From positions 1 through 64,000 of the IMG/VR virus record IMGVR_UViG_3300009428_000006: 64,000 nt of DNA. The stretch is one strand, 5' to 3'. A model generated the notes under the pieces. That model had not been told where the DNA came from. It ran no database searches and saw nothing but the letters and a program-made list of their open reading frames with translations. Position numbers and translations under genes: made by a program. Shown here in pieces: positions 48,048-58,371 of the stretch (positions within the stretch are counted from its first letter, which is position 1; each line of letters begins with the position of its first letter). The stretch is from a virus.

Positions 48048-49388
48048 CTACTTAATAGTTAAATCTGTCTCAGCAACTCGTGACACAATGAATTGCAAAT
48101 CAGACTTGTTAGCTTGCTTAATAAACTCAGCATATGTAGTCTTGTCTAAAGCTTCGCTGTTGTCAATAAGAATTAATCCTAAATCACCTGCTGACAGCTT
48201 AGCAAGTTCGATTGCCAATTTAACACGGCTTGCTGTATTGAGTGTTTCAAATGGTACACCATCTAACGTCAGAATGCTATCTTTAATCTCTAAACCTTCT
48301 ATAGGAAGATTAGAACACAAGTCTTGCTTATAGTTCTGTAAGCTCTCTAGTGCACCTGTAAAGCCATCAGACTGTTTCTGATACTCTTTCACCTTAGCTT
48401 TCCAATCGTTCACCTGACGCTGTGTGTTTGCGTATATGCCTAGTTCTGACAACTCTTTAGACAACTGCTGATTACGTTCTTGTAAATCATCAGCCTTGGC
48501 TAGTTCAGCTTCAACAGCAGCCTCAGCTTTCGTGTCACGCTCTGTAGAGAGACTTCGTAAGTCACCCTGTAGGCTAGCCTTGTTTTCTTTTAAATCATCA
48601 ATCTGTTCGAGGAGCTTTTGAATATCAGCCTCTACAGCTAACACTTCATCCTCTTTAGCAAGTAATCGCTCTGAATACTCTTGACGAACATTACGACCTA
48701 CTTTACGAGATGCAGATTTAATATTCTCCATAGCTTCATTGTTTTGTGCAATTTCATCTTCAATCTCAGAAGTGCTAGGAATTACCTCGGGCAATGTAGC
48801 TTGTAATTGCTCATAAGTTGTCTTGGCTGTTTTAAGATCACGATTGATACCTGTACGCTCAGTGAAGATTTCTTTAGTAGCTTGATCAAGAATCGTCAGT
48901 GCATGTTCATCTGTATCCCAAGTTTTACCTGTGTATTCTTCCATTAGCTTATTATCCACAGACATAGGTGTAGCTGCTAGTACAACATCAACTAACTCTT
49001 TTGGATTAGCACTCAGAAGTGAGAGAGGGTTAACACTGTTAGGATTAAATAAACCTTTAAGCAGTTTAGCTGGTGATGACAATGTACTATAGCTATCTGT
49101 GCCAGCAACCTTACCTTGCAATTTAAGCTTATCACCTTTCTCAGTATACTTACGCTCAAGCTTCATATCACCTAAGTCTAGAGTGACTTGACCTGAATCT
49201 TCACCATTGCGTAGTAAGCGGGTGTAATCTGAGATACCTAAGGCAGCTTTTACTGACTCTAGTACACTTGTCTTACCTTGACCATTTGTGCCACTAATTT
49301 CAACTACATTACCTGTAGGTGTGATTTCTAGATCCTCAATGCCTAATAAATTACTGATATTGATTTTACTTACTTTTAAATTACCCAT
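48048..49388 (-). CDS. SMC/Rad50-like ATPase with a central coiled coil
   Basis: GTNGQGKT Walker A, coiled coil, ILIDNSEALD Walker B/D-loop. Confidence 0.85.
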   Translation of the reverse strand: MGNLKVSKINISNLLGIEDLEITPTGNVVEISGTNGQGKTSVLESVKAALGISDYTRLLRNGEDSGQVTLDLGDMKLERKYTEKGDKLKLQGKVAGTDSYSTLSSPAKLLKGLFNPNSVNPLSLLSANPKELVDVVLAATPMSVDNKLMEEYTGKTWDTDEHALTILDQATKEIFTERTGINRDLKTAKTTYEQLQATLPEVIPSTSEIEDEIAQNNEAMENIKSASRKVGRNVRQEYSERLLAKEDEVLAVEADIQKLLEQIDDLKENKASLQGDLRSLSTERDTKAEAAVEAELAKADDLQERNQQLSKELSELGIYANTQRQVNDWKAKVKEYQKQSDGFTGALESLQNYKQDLCSNLPIEGLEIKDSILTLDGVPFETLNTASRVKLAIELAKLSAGDLGLILIDNSEALDKTTYAEFIKQANKSDLQFIVSRVAETDLTIK

Positions 49389-49651
49389 TATTGTATCTCC
49401 TCTTCAACCAATGCTTCCAACTCTTCAAGTACCAATGACTCTAAAGGTTTTTTCAGATCCTCCAAAGAGTCAGGGTGATAGCCTATTCCAATCATATATC
49501 CAGCATTAAACATAGATCCCTCTGTTGATTTAAGAAAATCTGTATACTCTTCTAATGGTATCCCCATGTTATTATCGTCTACCATTTTGTGCATCCCTTC
49601 GATGGCTAATTTGATATATTGCTTGATATCTAGCTCTGGTAAGTTCTTCAT
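49388..49651 (-). CDS. hypothetical protein
   Basis: ORF in the operon. Confidence 0.6.
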   Translation of the reverse strand: MKNLPELDIKQYIKLAIEGMHKMVDDNNMGIPLEEYTDFLKSTEGSMFNAGYMIGIGYHPDSLEDLKKPLESLVLEELEALVEEEIQ

Positions 49652-49654
49652 ATC

Positions 49655-50221
49655 CTAAATCTCCTCTGTTCGTTCATCTAAGGCTTTCTTAGCCAATGTC
49701 TTTAATTTACTAATCAACGTCTTCTTCTTAACCGTTGAGATATATTCTATATCAGGTGAGATGTTGATGTCAACCATTGCTTGATTAAATATTTCAACAA
49801 ATCCATCAATATTATAGAGAGGTTCTAATCGACTCATAACTTGGTCTACATTATAACACTCACCTTTATCTGTCTCAATCATGTAAGGAAGTTTACTTGT
49901 AGTAGCCACAGGAGCTTGGAAGGAGCGCTGTACTGGATGTTCGTTACTTACCCTTATACTTTGTACTGGTTGCTGAGAAGCCTCGTCTGAGCTTGCCACA
50001 GGAGCTTCTGGTACATTACCTTGCAGAATATCCATCACCTTCTGAGTAGACAGAGGATTACGTCCGCAAATGTTCTTACCCTCTGGTGTATTGAGTAGCC
50101 ATTCTACTTCGTCATTCTTGAAAAAGGACATCCACTTATTCACAGGCATATCATTTACTCCACAGATGTGAAGCATTAGCTCTCCTTGGCGTTTGATGTT
50201 TGGTGTATTCATGTTTAACAA
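49655..50221 (-). CDS. hypothetical protein
   Basis: ORF with RBS. Confidence 0.6.
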   Translation of the reverse strand: MLNMNTPNIKRQGELMLHICGVNDMPVNKWMSFFKNDEVEWLLNTPEGKNICGRNPLSTQKVMDILQGNVPEAPVASSDEASQQPVQSIRVSNEHPVQRSFQAPVATTSKLPYMIETDKGECYNVDQVMSRLEPLYNIDGFVEIFNQAMVDINISPDIEYISTVKKKTLISKLKTLAKKALDERTEEI

Positions 50222-50226
50222 TCTCC

Positions 50227-50781
50227 TTAATTATAATAAACTTTAATTGCTGTACAACCGTGACTTCTGAACATTGTATTGTTCTTCTCACAATCATCTA
50301 TGCAGACAATGTTACTTGGTTCTACAATCTCAGTCAAGCTTTTTATGAAACCTTCTTTCATATTTACAGGCTCAAGGTGGTTATCAGAATGACGCATAAA
50401 TATCATATCAAACTTCACTCCCCATTCTTTAAGCTGCTTTTTAAGTATCTCAGCGGCTTTCTGAGAGTATGTACAAGAAGTTAATACCATTACAGCATGA
50501 TCACCATAGAACTTGTTAGCTACGCTTATATTGCCCCAGAGAGGTGTGTCTGTATCTGATGCATCATTAAACTTTGTCCAAGCTGCATTTGCATTCCCTT
50601 CTGAGAAACACTTGATGCGCTCTTCTTCTGTTGGGATAAGGTGCAGACGGTCTTTAGCCTGTCTCACACAGCCATCTATGTCTAGTACCAAAGTCTTCTG
50701 ATTCAGTATGTTAAGTAATGATTGTGATGATGGTGATTCTACATCATACTCTGTGCCGCTGATTGTGATTAATTTAAACAT
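50227..50781 (-). CDS. HAD-family phosphatase (PNK 3'-phosphatase-like)
   Basis: LDIDG, LT, MR...K, IDD. Confidence 0.8.
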   Translation of the reverse strand: MFKLITISGTEYDVESPSSQSLLNILNQKTLVLDIDGCVRQAKDRLHLIPTEEERIKCFSEGNANAAWTKFNDASDTDTPLWGNISVANKFYGDHAVMVLTSCTYSQKAAEILKKQLKEWGVKFDMIFMRHSDNHLEPVNMKEGFIKSLTEIVEPSNIVCIDDCEKNNTMFRSHGCTAIKVYYN

Positions 50782-51271
50782 TGTTATTCTCCTTCTTAAG
50801 TCTTAAATATTTGTGTATTTCAAATCCTGTATAATTTGTTTGATGATGTGACCATTCATTTTTGAAAAGGAAAGTTCCTTTATAATAAGTGTCTGCCTCT
50901 GGAAAGATCTTATAAATATATGTCCAATATACCGTCTCCACATACTCCTCAAACAACTTATAGATCTCAGCTCCACCAATAATAAATACATCTTCTGTCT
51001 CGGCAATCTTGAGAATCTTTTTATAATCATTACATCGTAAGAAGCCTTCACAACCATTTTCATAAGGTTGGCGAGTCATTATAATATTCACCCGATTAGG
51101 CAATGGTTTTCCATTTGGTAAACTGGCTGCTGTCTTTGAGCCCATCACAACCACCTTACCATCTGTCACCTTCTTGAAGTGCTTCAAGTCCTCAGGGATG
51201 TGCATCAGTAGCTGATTGTTCTGGCCTAATTCTCCATTTAAGCCTGTTGCTAATATCATAGATAATGGCAT
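50774..51271 (-). CDS. folA: dihydrofolate reductase
   Basis: PEDLKHFKKVT, VMGSKT, PLPNRVNI, IIGGAEIY, ADTY. Confidence 0.93.
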   Translation of the reverse strand: MPLSMILATGLNGELGQNNQLLMHIPEDLKHFKKVTDGKVVVMGSKTAASLPNGKPLPNRVNIIMTRQPYENGCEGFLRCNDYKKILKIAETEDVFIIGGAEIYKLFEEYVETVYWTYIYKIFPEADTYYKGTFLFKNEWSHHQTNYTGFEIHKYLRLKKENNNV

Positions 51272-51558
51272 TATTTATTCTCCTTTTTGATCTTTTCAAA
51301 TTCTTCACAATACCAATTATAAATGTCATCCAAATTCAAGTAAAGTACCAGATCAGAAGCATCTTCGTCAAGTGTAATTACAACTTTAGCCACGTGTCCT
51401 GAAAAGTGTACTTGGGTAATTTCATAGTCAAAAATAAGTGTACGTTTTCTTGATAAAAGTTTCTTGAAAGAGTCTTCACGTTGGAAAACACATTCAATTA
51501 GTGTCTTAGTTGTTTTCTGCATTTGCACAAAATCATTAGGTGTAATAGTTGGTTTCAT
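51271..51558 (-). CDS. hypothetical protein
   Basis: Translationally coupled ORF. Confidence 0.55.
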   Translation of the reverse strand: MKPTITPNDFVQMQKTTKTLIECVFQREDSFKKLLSRKRTLIFDYEITQVHFSGHVAKVVITLDEDASDLVLYLNLDDIYNWYCEEFEKIKKENK

Positions 51559-52136
51559 TATTCTTCTCCTTTTAAAGTCTTCTTCAATTCAGACATCATA
51601 CCTGAATTTGAAATATGTGCAAGTACATTGTTAAACGTTTTCTTAATCTTCACTCCCGACTCTTTATACATCGCAGATACCCACCAGTCTAAATCAGAAA
51701 TCACTTTGTCTTGCTTTTGAATGATAGACAATTGTGTGTTTAGCGTATTTGAAAGAAGACTAACAAGCATCTCTGGATTTCTAGCTAAGTATGTTTTAGC
51801 TGTAATCTTATCTGTGTATACCTCTGGAAGAAGTGGAAGTATTGCTTTTAAATCTACAGTTCCTAATCTTTCTCCGAACAAGTTAGATTTCACAGGATTA
51901 TCATACCCATTCTCAGAAGAAAGAAGTAGAGACAGTGTAACCTTTTCTCCTGATGTAAGTCGCAAGGCAGAGATACATATGGTACAAAGTTCACCTTCAA
52001 GTCTCTTAGAAGACGCTGTGATGCTGATTTTAACAGAGCAGTCACTCCCACTTGTTGATGTAGCCTTAGAGAGGATATTACATCTTTTGTTAAACTCTAA
52101 GTTAAAAGTTTCGAGATCATATTTTGATTGATACAT
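51558..52136 (-). CDS. hypothetical protein
   Basis: First gene after a sigma70 promoter. Confidence 0.6.
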   Translation of the reverse strand: MYQSKYDLETFNLEFNKRCNILSKATSTSGSDCSVKISITASSKRLEGELCTICISALRLTSGEKVTLSLLLSSENGYDNPVKSNLFGERLGTVDLKAILPLLPEVYTDKITAKTYLARNPEMLVSLLSNTLNTQLSIIQKQDKVISDLDWWVSAMYKESGVKIKKTFNNVLAHISNSGMMSELKKTLKGEE

Positions 52137-52171
52137 AGTTAAATTACTCTTTGTTCGTTGTTGGTGAGGTG

Positions 52172-52200
52172 ATTATGAGGGAAGGTGATGAGGTTGTCAA
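52172..52200 (-). promoter_or_regulatory. sigma70-type promoter
   Basis: TTGACA-17 nt-CATAAT. Confidence 0.65.
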
Positions 52201-52219
52201 CACCTTATTTGGAATTAAT

Positions 52220-52979
52220 TTATAGGTATTTCCAATCTGGGAAATTTTTAGATTTACACCTATGTGTCACAGTCCCTTTTGAAACTTGGTAATATTTTGG
52301 CAACTTCTACCATGTTCTTGAATACTTTACCTTCAATCGAGACACCTACCCAACAGCTCTTGTTCTCCTTCCCCGTATGAGCTCTCCTCAATTTTTCTTT
52401 AGTCTCCTCTGAATGAGATTTTCCAAAGAAAGCGTTCCTCTCTCCCTACCTGCTACTTACATGGCAGTTGAAGCATAAAGAAGATGTTTTCTTCTTATCC
52501 TCACCACATTCGCATTTGTCCCATATCAGATTGTAATCTGTAGCAATACCACCTTTCCAGTTAGGGTTATAACTTCCCCTAAAATCAACATTTCTCCAAG
52601 GATCCTCTTCTCCCTCTAAACTGTGTAATCTTTTCATAGTGTCTGATATTCTTGTTTTAATCTCCTCTTTGAGTGGGTGGTTTGTAAAATTATCACCACC
52701 TACTGCGGATCTCCCTATATTGTAAAGAGTCCCCTCTGTAGCATGGTCTAGTACCATTTGCTCATGCTCTTTGTATAAAGGACCACTATATGTTACTTGT
52801 ATCTCAAAATCTGCTTCACAACAATTGTTGTAGTCTGCTTGAAGATTCATGTTATGATGGGTATTCATTTTCAGATAGTATTTATGCTCTGACCATCTTT
52901 TATCAACATTTGTTGTTGATCCTACATATCCCCTACCTGTTCTTTTGTTAATTATTTTGTAAGTGTAACCTACCATCAT
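52220..52979 (-). pseudogene. I-TevI-like GIY-YIG homing endonuclease, free-standing, with an in-frame TAG (52446-52448) and a frameshift near 52295-52298
   Basis: YTY...YVGS, GDNFTNHPLKEEI, CECG..CFNC zinc finger, *GERNAFFGKSHSEETK, then HTH-like YYQVSKGTVTHRCKS..W.Y in a shifted frame. Confidence 0.85.
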
Positions 52980-53815
52980 GCCACCATCTCAAACAAGATC
53001 TTGCCCTGATGCTTATAGTTAGAGATTGTAAAGTAGTCTCTTGCATGATTAGGTAGTAAAAGATCATCAAAGGTTTTAACCCAATCAGAGATTTCTATAT
53101 TAGCTATTACTTTATCAGGCAATCTAGATAGTTGTTCTCTCACAGCCGCTACATGTGAACCATAGATATGAACATTCACCATATTATGTTTAACCTTCCC
53201 AGCTTTAAGACCTGTGATATGAGAGAAAAACTTAAGTAATAAATAACACTGTAGACTATTAAAATTAAGACCACATCCATAATCGACGGAGCGTTGATTA
53301 CTCTCCAGATGAAGTGTGTCGCCTATAATTGTAAATGTGTGACGATACATACAAGATCTTAGTGCCGCTTTGCTAAACAATTCAGGTTTCCAAAAGTCAA
53401 TAACAAGTCCACGATCGTCACAGTGGTTATTTAGTTTATTAAATAATTCAGGAAGTTCACTAGGATGAAGACCTGCTCCGTAAACAGCACCTAAATGGTT
53501 TTCACCAAGACGATGTGGATTGTTAAGCCAAGCCTCTGTCTCATTGGCATTCCCATACCAAGTCTTAGACCCAATATTATCAAACTGATCTGCCCACTCA
53601 TATCTTCTTAAATATCCCAGCATCTCAGCCCAAGCACTTACTGGAAAAGATTGCTTGGTGGTTAACAAAGGAGGAGGATTGTTGCCTACATCATAATAAA
53701 ACGTGTGTTCTGGGATTGTAATGCAAGTTTCTCCTGTTCTTTTGTTTAAAATGGGTGTCCCTTCTTTTAAGATCTTCTCACCAAGATCCAAATACTGCTC
53801 TTCATAACTTTTCAA
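52976..53815 (-). CDS. thyA: thymidylate synthase
   Basis: PLLTTK, LGAVYG, DDRG, ALRSCMY, QRSVDYGCGLNFN, HIY. Confidence 0.93.
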   Translation of the reverse strand: MKSYEEQYLDLGEKILKEGTPILNKRTGETCITIPEHTFYYDVGNNPPPLLTTKQSFPVSAWAEMLGYLRRYEWADQFDNIGSKTWYGNANETEAWLNNPHRLGENHLGAVYGAGLHPSELPELFNKLNNHCDDRGLVIDFWKPELFSKAALRSCMYRHTFTIIGDTLHLESNQRSVDYGCGLNFNSLQCYLLLKFFSHITGLKAGKVKHNMVNVHIYGSHVAAVREQLSRLPDKVIANIEISDWVKTFDDLLLPNHARDYFTISNYKHQGKILFEMVA

Positions 53816-53816
53816 A

Positions 53817-54014
53817 TCACTTCTCCTCTGAAATAAGATAATTGATATAACTTACACATTCCGACACACATCCTCCTTTGGAAGGATCCCCTACTGAATG
53901 CTTTAAGTCACCATCATGAAAAATATCACCGTAGAAGTTCTCACTCCCTTGAGACACTTCAATGACATATCCTTTATAAATTATAATATCATCTAACATT
54001 TCACTTCTCCTCAA
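53817..54014 (-). CDS. hypothetical protein
   Basis: Short ORF in the operon. Confidence 0.45.
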   Translation of the reverse strand: MRRSEMLDDIIIYKGYVIEVSQGSENFYGDIFHDGDLKHSVGDPSKGGCVSECVSYINYLISEEK

Positions 54015-54798
54015 TTTTCTTAAATAATTGACACATCATATCATAACTCAAATCAGCTTTCACCGAGAAAGTATCTAAAGCTTCTGACATGATAACTGTA
54101 GTGCAAATAAGATTACTCAAATCAACCTTAGCCGTCTTATCTTTAATCCATAATGCACGTTCTCTTACATCTTCAGGAAGTGGTCGTTTAGTTACTTCAC
54201 ACTTCTTACGAGTAAGGGTACGTTTAAATTCTGAGAATGTCAACTCCATGTTTACTTTTAAGTCTACAAGAAGTTGCTTACCAAACTTAGAATACATTTC
54301 AGCAAGATATACTTCCTCTAGCTTTTCCTGCAATTCTCTGTGAGCCTGAGCTGCTTTCATGTTCTCTTGGTGCAATGTATCACCTAAAGAAAGATACGGC
54401 TTCTGAGCCTCTCTGAGAGCCTCTGTGTTGGACAACAATTTACCTATTCGAGCAATCACAGAACGGTAAGCAAGGTCTGCATCTTCAATGTTGTGACCTA
54501 ACTGGAAATAGTTATTCTTGAGCATGTTCGCTGTGCTATTGGTCCAAACGCAGTTACTGAGTGAATAACCTTTAGAGTCATCTAGACGCTCAATGGTGGG
54601 TCGGTTGTCCCACAGTTGCCCTTTCTTTGGTGCATCATACTCAAACTGCTTATTAGAATAGAAACAGTTTACAGACTCTTTGAGCTTGTAGAATCGGTAA
54701 TACTCTTCTAATGTGAAGTCGAAACTAATAGCTCGTGGGATACAAGAGGCTTTCTTGTTCTCATACTGATCCACGATATATTTAGGAATATCTGTCAT
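54001..54798 (-). CDS. T4 Srd-like / degenerate HNH-fold protein with a duplicated domain
   Basis: RAISFDFTLEE..CFYS...PTIERLDDSKGYSLSNCV; second copy MELTFSEFK...CEVT. Confidence 0.55.
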   Translation of the reverse strand: MTDIPKYIVDQYENKKASCIPRAISFDFTLEEYYRFYKLKESVNCFYSNKQFEYDAPKKGQLWDNRPTIERLDDSKGYSLSNCVWTNSTANMLKNNYFQLGHNIEDADLAYRSVIARIGKLLSNTEALREAQKPYLSLGDTLHQENMKAAQAHRELQEKLEEVYLAEMYSKFGKQLLVDLKVNMELTFSEFKRTLTRKKCEVTKRPLPEDVRERALWIKDKTAKVDLSNLICTTVIMSEALDTFSVKADLSYDMMCQLFKKIEEK

Positions 54799-54799
54799 A

Positions 54800-55150
54800 T
54801 CATTTAGCTCCTTTCATCTCTTTAGTCCAATCCACAACACATACGTTGTACCATGCATTCTTAAATGATTTGATTGCGTCTTCTTGATCATTGTTGAAGA
54901 ATGAAGACTCAACACGCTTTGTTCGAAAAGATGCTAATAACATAGGACGAATGATAGGAGCTTTACGAAGAATATCTGTAACAGCTTCATGTCCCATGTC
55001 ATTTGTCTTGTGACGTAAGATTGCGGCTCTCTCAGCGAAACGTGCTTCCATAATACATAGCTTGTGAATCTTTTCTTTAGTATCCTCTGAGATTGCTAAG
55101 GCATGTGTAGATGCTAAAAGTGCTGCTGTCAATATAATTGATTTAATCAT
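54800..55150 (-). CDS. hypothetical exported protein
   Basis: Signal peptide MIKSIILTAALLASTHALA. Confidence 0.65.
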   Translation of the reverse strand: MIKSIILTAALLASTHALAISEDTKEKIHKLCIMEARFAERAAILRHKTNDMGHEAVTDILRKAPIIRPMLLASFRTKRVESSFFNNDQEDAIKSFKNAWYNVCVVDWTKEMKGAK

Positions 55151-55161
55151 TGTTTAATCTC

Positions 55162-55632
55162 CTAGTTAGTTAATGATTCGATAGTATACACCTTTTGCAG
55201 AGATTGCAACACTTTTATTGAATTAATTAAATTATCATAATCCTCAGGAGAATTGATTACATATTCTGAATCTTCCCAAAGGAAGACTACACCCTCTTTA
55301 TGGATGCACAGAGAGCCGTCAACAGTTTTACAATCATCAATAAGGTGTTGGTATGGCAATTGTGATTCAGACTGTTCTGGTAAGGCTGCGGAACTCTCAG
55401 AGGGAGATTCATTTGTAACCTCTTTGAAGAATTTGAATTCATAAGGAGAGATAAGTCCTAGGTCTGAGATATTCTCGTTTATTAGCATACCATTATGATT
55501 GATCTCTCCAATGAAGAATTCACAACCTACATCCTCTAGGATTGAACTGTTACAGGCATGGCTACTGAGATAGCCTTCTTTGTCAATAAGTTTAAATGTA
55601 CGTAGTTGTGAATCGTTGTTAGTTGTGGTCAT
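55162..55632 (-). CDS. hypothetical protein
   Basis: AGGAG RBS; sigma70-like promoter near 55680-55708. Confidence 0.6.
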   Translation of the reverse strand: MTTTNNDSQLRTFKLIDKEGYLSSHACNSSILEDVGCEFFIGEINHNGMLINENISDLGLISPYEFKFFKEVTNESPSESSAALPEQSESQLPYQHLIDDCKTVDGSLCIHKEGVVFLWEDSEYVINSPEDYDNLINSIKVLQSLQKVYTIESLTN

Positions 55633-55826
55633 AGTTGTTCTCCTATCTAGTAGTGACAGTATTTCCTGCCGATATGAGAATATTAATATAAGAAGATTAT
55701 GGTGTCAATAGTTAATTTGATAATTCACAGGATATTGTGAAAATAGTTGGAAATGGCAGATTATTGGAAAGTTTTCATAGTGGATTGTGAAAAGGCACAG
55801 AGGGGGGCTTGCTGTGCCTTGAAGTA

Positions 55827-56393
55827 TTAGTTAAAGAAGTTAAGTATTCTATTCAAGCCCTCAACTGTATTTGTATTGTACACAGGTATATCATTATCCA
55901 GTGCAAGCTTCATTGCTGTCCTAGTGCCACCCTTCACCAGTGGATTTTGATTACTTTCAGGAACTCCCCAGAGAACTACAAAATCACTAGGGGAATTAAG
56001 ATCCTTTCCTAAGATTTGATAAGGATTTCTACCATGCAACAATTTAGCTGCATCAGAACACTTGTCCGAAGCAGGGTGAAGGTTTTCTGCTAGAGCTAAT
56101 CCATCTTCTCTATTATCAAAGTCCTCAACACAGAGTATGCCATACCTATTCTTGTTCTTACCACTAAAACCCTGCCAAGGTATATATACCTCTTGCAAGT
56201 CCTCTACCAAAGTGCGAGGTGATCCAGCCTCTCTTATGAACCTTTTAACACCCTCTTCAAGACAAGCATCTGCGCCTCTGGCTGCACCTGAGCGGCCTTT
56301 GAAACCTTTACTGGCAGCTTTGTATGCAAATTCAATAAGAACCTTCTGGGCGCTCACTGGAGTGCTTCTGCTACCTATCATTGTATAGATCAT
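55827..56393 (-). CDS. DprA/Smf (SLOG) fold protein
   Basis: IGSR, SGAARGAD, RNPYQILG...SDFVV, GGTRTA. Confidence 0.75.
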   Translation of the reverse strand: MIYTMIGSRSTPVSAQKVLIEFAYKAASKGFKGRSGAARGADACLEEGVKRFIREAGSPRTLVEDLQEVYIPWQGFSGKNKNRYGILCVEDFDNREDGLALAENLHPASDKCSDAAKLLHGRNPYQILGKDLNSPSDFVVLWGVPESNQNPLVKGGTRTAMKLALDNDIPVYNTNTVEGLNRILNFFN

Positions 56394-56394
56394 G

Positions 56395-57228
56395 CTAAGC
56401 TCTCCCGTGATTAATATGGAAACCATATAATCTTTCTGCATCTTTCCTCGCGGAAACAGCTTCTTCTATTGTACAAAACTCACCTAAGTGTATGCTCTTA
56501 TAGTCTACCGTGATAGTTGCTCTGAACTTCTCACCTGATCTGCACACACCTATGTATCCTGTTTTATTATTCTTAGATACTCTTGTGTTTCTATTGTTCT
56601 CAGTTGAAGTAGCTATTCTCAGGTTAACTCTTCTATTGTCCAATGGATCACCATTTATATGATCAACTATTTCACCTTCTTTAGGTGAGAGAATCAATCT
56701 ATGTAACAAAGACATCTTTCCTCCACCTGTCCTGCTTGCAACATATCCCATATTGGTCTTGTGCCAGAAAAATGGAAACACGTATTTGTAATAATCAGTC
56801 TTGTCTACTTTGATTTCAAAATAGTTTTCTTCTGAGGAATTAAATATCTTAATAACAAGGTGTTCTCCAGACCCTTCTGAGATTTCTCTTACCTGACATC
56901 CGCAGACATTCTTTCCTTGGGAAATATCTGTAGCCTTCAGTTCTAAGAAAGATCCGCAATTCTTACAAACACAGTCATAGTATCTTTTACTTTTATAACT
57001 GTAGAGATATTTACCTACAATGACCCTCTCTTGCTCTGTGTTCGCTATGTTTGTATAGCAATAGCAACTTCCTTTATATCTATTCACTTCTGCCGAGATC
57101 ATAGTCTTTTCTTTCTCTCTTCCGCAAGGACATAATACATTCCAAGCAATTTTGCCTTTCCTGTTTTCTGCCCTACTTATAACCATTAACCCGTTTACTT
57201 CTTTCCCTGTTAAGTCTTCACACTGCAT
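56395..57228 (-). CDS. HNH-AP2 homing endonuclease
   Basis: LHRLIL...VDHINGDPLDNRRVNLR...N; AP2-like GYIGV...FRATI..HLGEF...A..AR. Confidence 0.9.
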   Translation of the reverse strand: MQCEDLTGKEVNGLMVISRAENRKGKIAWNVLCPCGREKEKTMISAEVNRYKGSCYCYTNIANTEQERVIVGKYLYSYKSKRYYDCVCKNCGSFLELKATDISQGKNVCGCQVREISEGSGEHLVIKIFNSSEENYFEIKVDKTDYYKYVFPFFWHKTNMGYVASRTGGGKMSLLHRLILSPKEGEIVDHINGDPLDNRRVNLRIATSTENNRNTRVSKNNKTGYIGVCRSGEKFRATITVDYKSIHLGEFCTIEEAVSARKDAERLYGFHINHGRA

Positions 57229-57289
57229 ACTTCCTCTCCTCTTGAATAAAGGCCCTAGTCATGAAGAGCAGGGTCTTGGAATATTGAAC

Positions 57290-58351
57290 TTATTTCTTAT
57301 AATACCTACTTTTGAGATAGGCAAGATCTACAAACATAGGATTGAAGCTGCCATTCTTCACATTGTGTTGGACAACAATTCCTCTCCAGTGATGGTTGCC
57401 CTGATAGCCTTTATACCCCTCATCATGCTCATAGTATGCACCTGCAATTATTGCCCACTGCTGAGTCCCTGATGCGGGAAGAAATCTTGTTGCCACATCC
57501 AGTGTTTGCTTGTGTCCCATGCAGAAACTCTCTCCTACATTTTTAAGCACATTCATAGCCATACCACCATACGGCTTCCCTGACATAGGGTTTGCCATAA
57601 AGTGGCAATAACTCACACCGTTAACAACTACAGGCTTCAAGAAGTCGTATACTTCCCACCCCATGTCTTTGTATCTTAAGTTGTCATAGCTAAGAAACCC
57701 TTCTAGCTCTGGATTATCATTAACATGACGCATAATCCGTTCTTCGTGATTTCCTAGTGTTATCAGCATCTTAGGCTTATATTGTACTTTGCCCGTTTCC
57801 TCTCGCTGCTTATCTTGTAACTCCTTCAAAGGACGTAAAAGACGGTTCATGCCTTCTATAGATGCCTCTATATCCTTTTGTACACGTTTGCCCTCTGCTT
57901 TGCCTTTACCTTTGTCATAGGAAGATAGACTAGGCATGTCTGCATGATCACCTATATGGATGATGACTTCTGGACGCTTGTCTATAATATAATCACCTAA
58001 CCATTCAAGATATGACATATCTATATCAGGTTTACACTGAGTATCTGGTATCATAAGATGAGTGACATCCTCTCCTACCTCTGTGACAGTTTCTATATTG
58101 TACACATCCTTTTTAATATCAAATATATTTTTTAAGGTAGATTTGACAACCACAGACTTAGTAACCTTTACCACACACCCTTCTTCCTCACCCAAGTCAA
58201 TAATACCCTTGCGAATATAATATCGAATAGTACTCTCCCGACTCTCCTTACCAAGCACCTCACGAGCAGCACCACGAACTGTGCCACCATTACGTAAGTG
58301 TTCTTCAATCTTAACAATCTGCTCTTCAGTTAATTTAATCTTCTTGCTCAA
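57290..58351 (-). CDS. calcineurin-like metallophosphoesterase with an N-terminal HTH
   Basis: IPDTQ, GDHAD, LGNHE, H, GHKQ. Confidence 0.85.
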   Translation of the reverse strand: MSKKIKLTEEQIVKIEEHLRNGGTVRGAAREVLGKESRESTIRYYIRKGIIDLGEEEGCVVKVTKSVVVKSTLKNIFDIKKDVYNIETVTEVGEDVTHLMIPDTQCKPDIDMSYLEWLGDYIIDKRPEVIIHIGDHADMPSLSSYDKGKGKAEGKRVQKDIEASIEGMNRLLRPLKELQDKQREETGKVQYKPKMLITLGNHEERIMRHVNDNPELEGFLSYDNLRYKDMGWEVYDFLKPVVVNGVSYCHFMANPMSGKPYGGMAMNVLKNVGESFCMGHKQTLDVATRFLPASGTQQWAIIAGAYYEHDEGYKGYQGNHHWRGIVVQHNVKNGSFNPMFVDLAYLKSRYYKK

Positions 58352-58371
58352 AATGTTCTCCTTAGTTGTTA

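Noticed and set aside
2319-52448. Alternative genetic code (stop-codon reassignment)
   Set aside because: Interruptions include TAA, TAG and TGA plus frameshifts, are rare, and all three codons also end normal genes; no suppressor tRNA was seen
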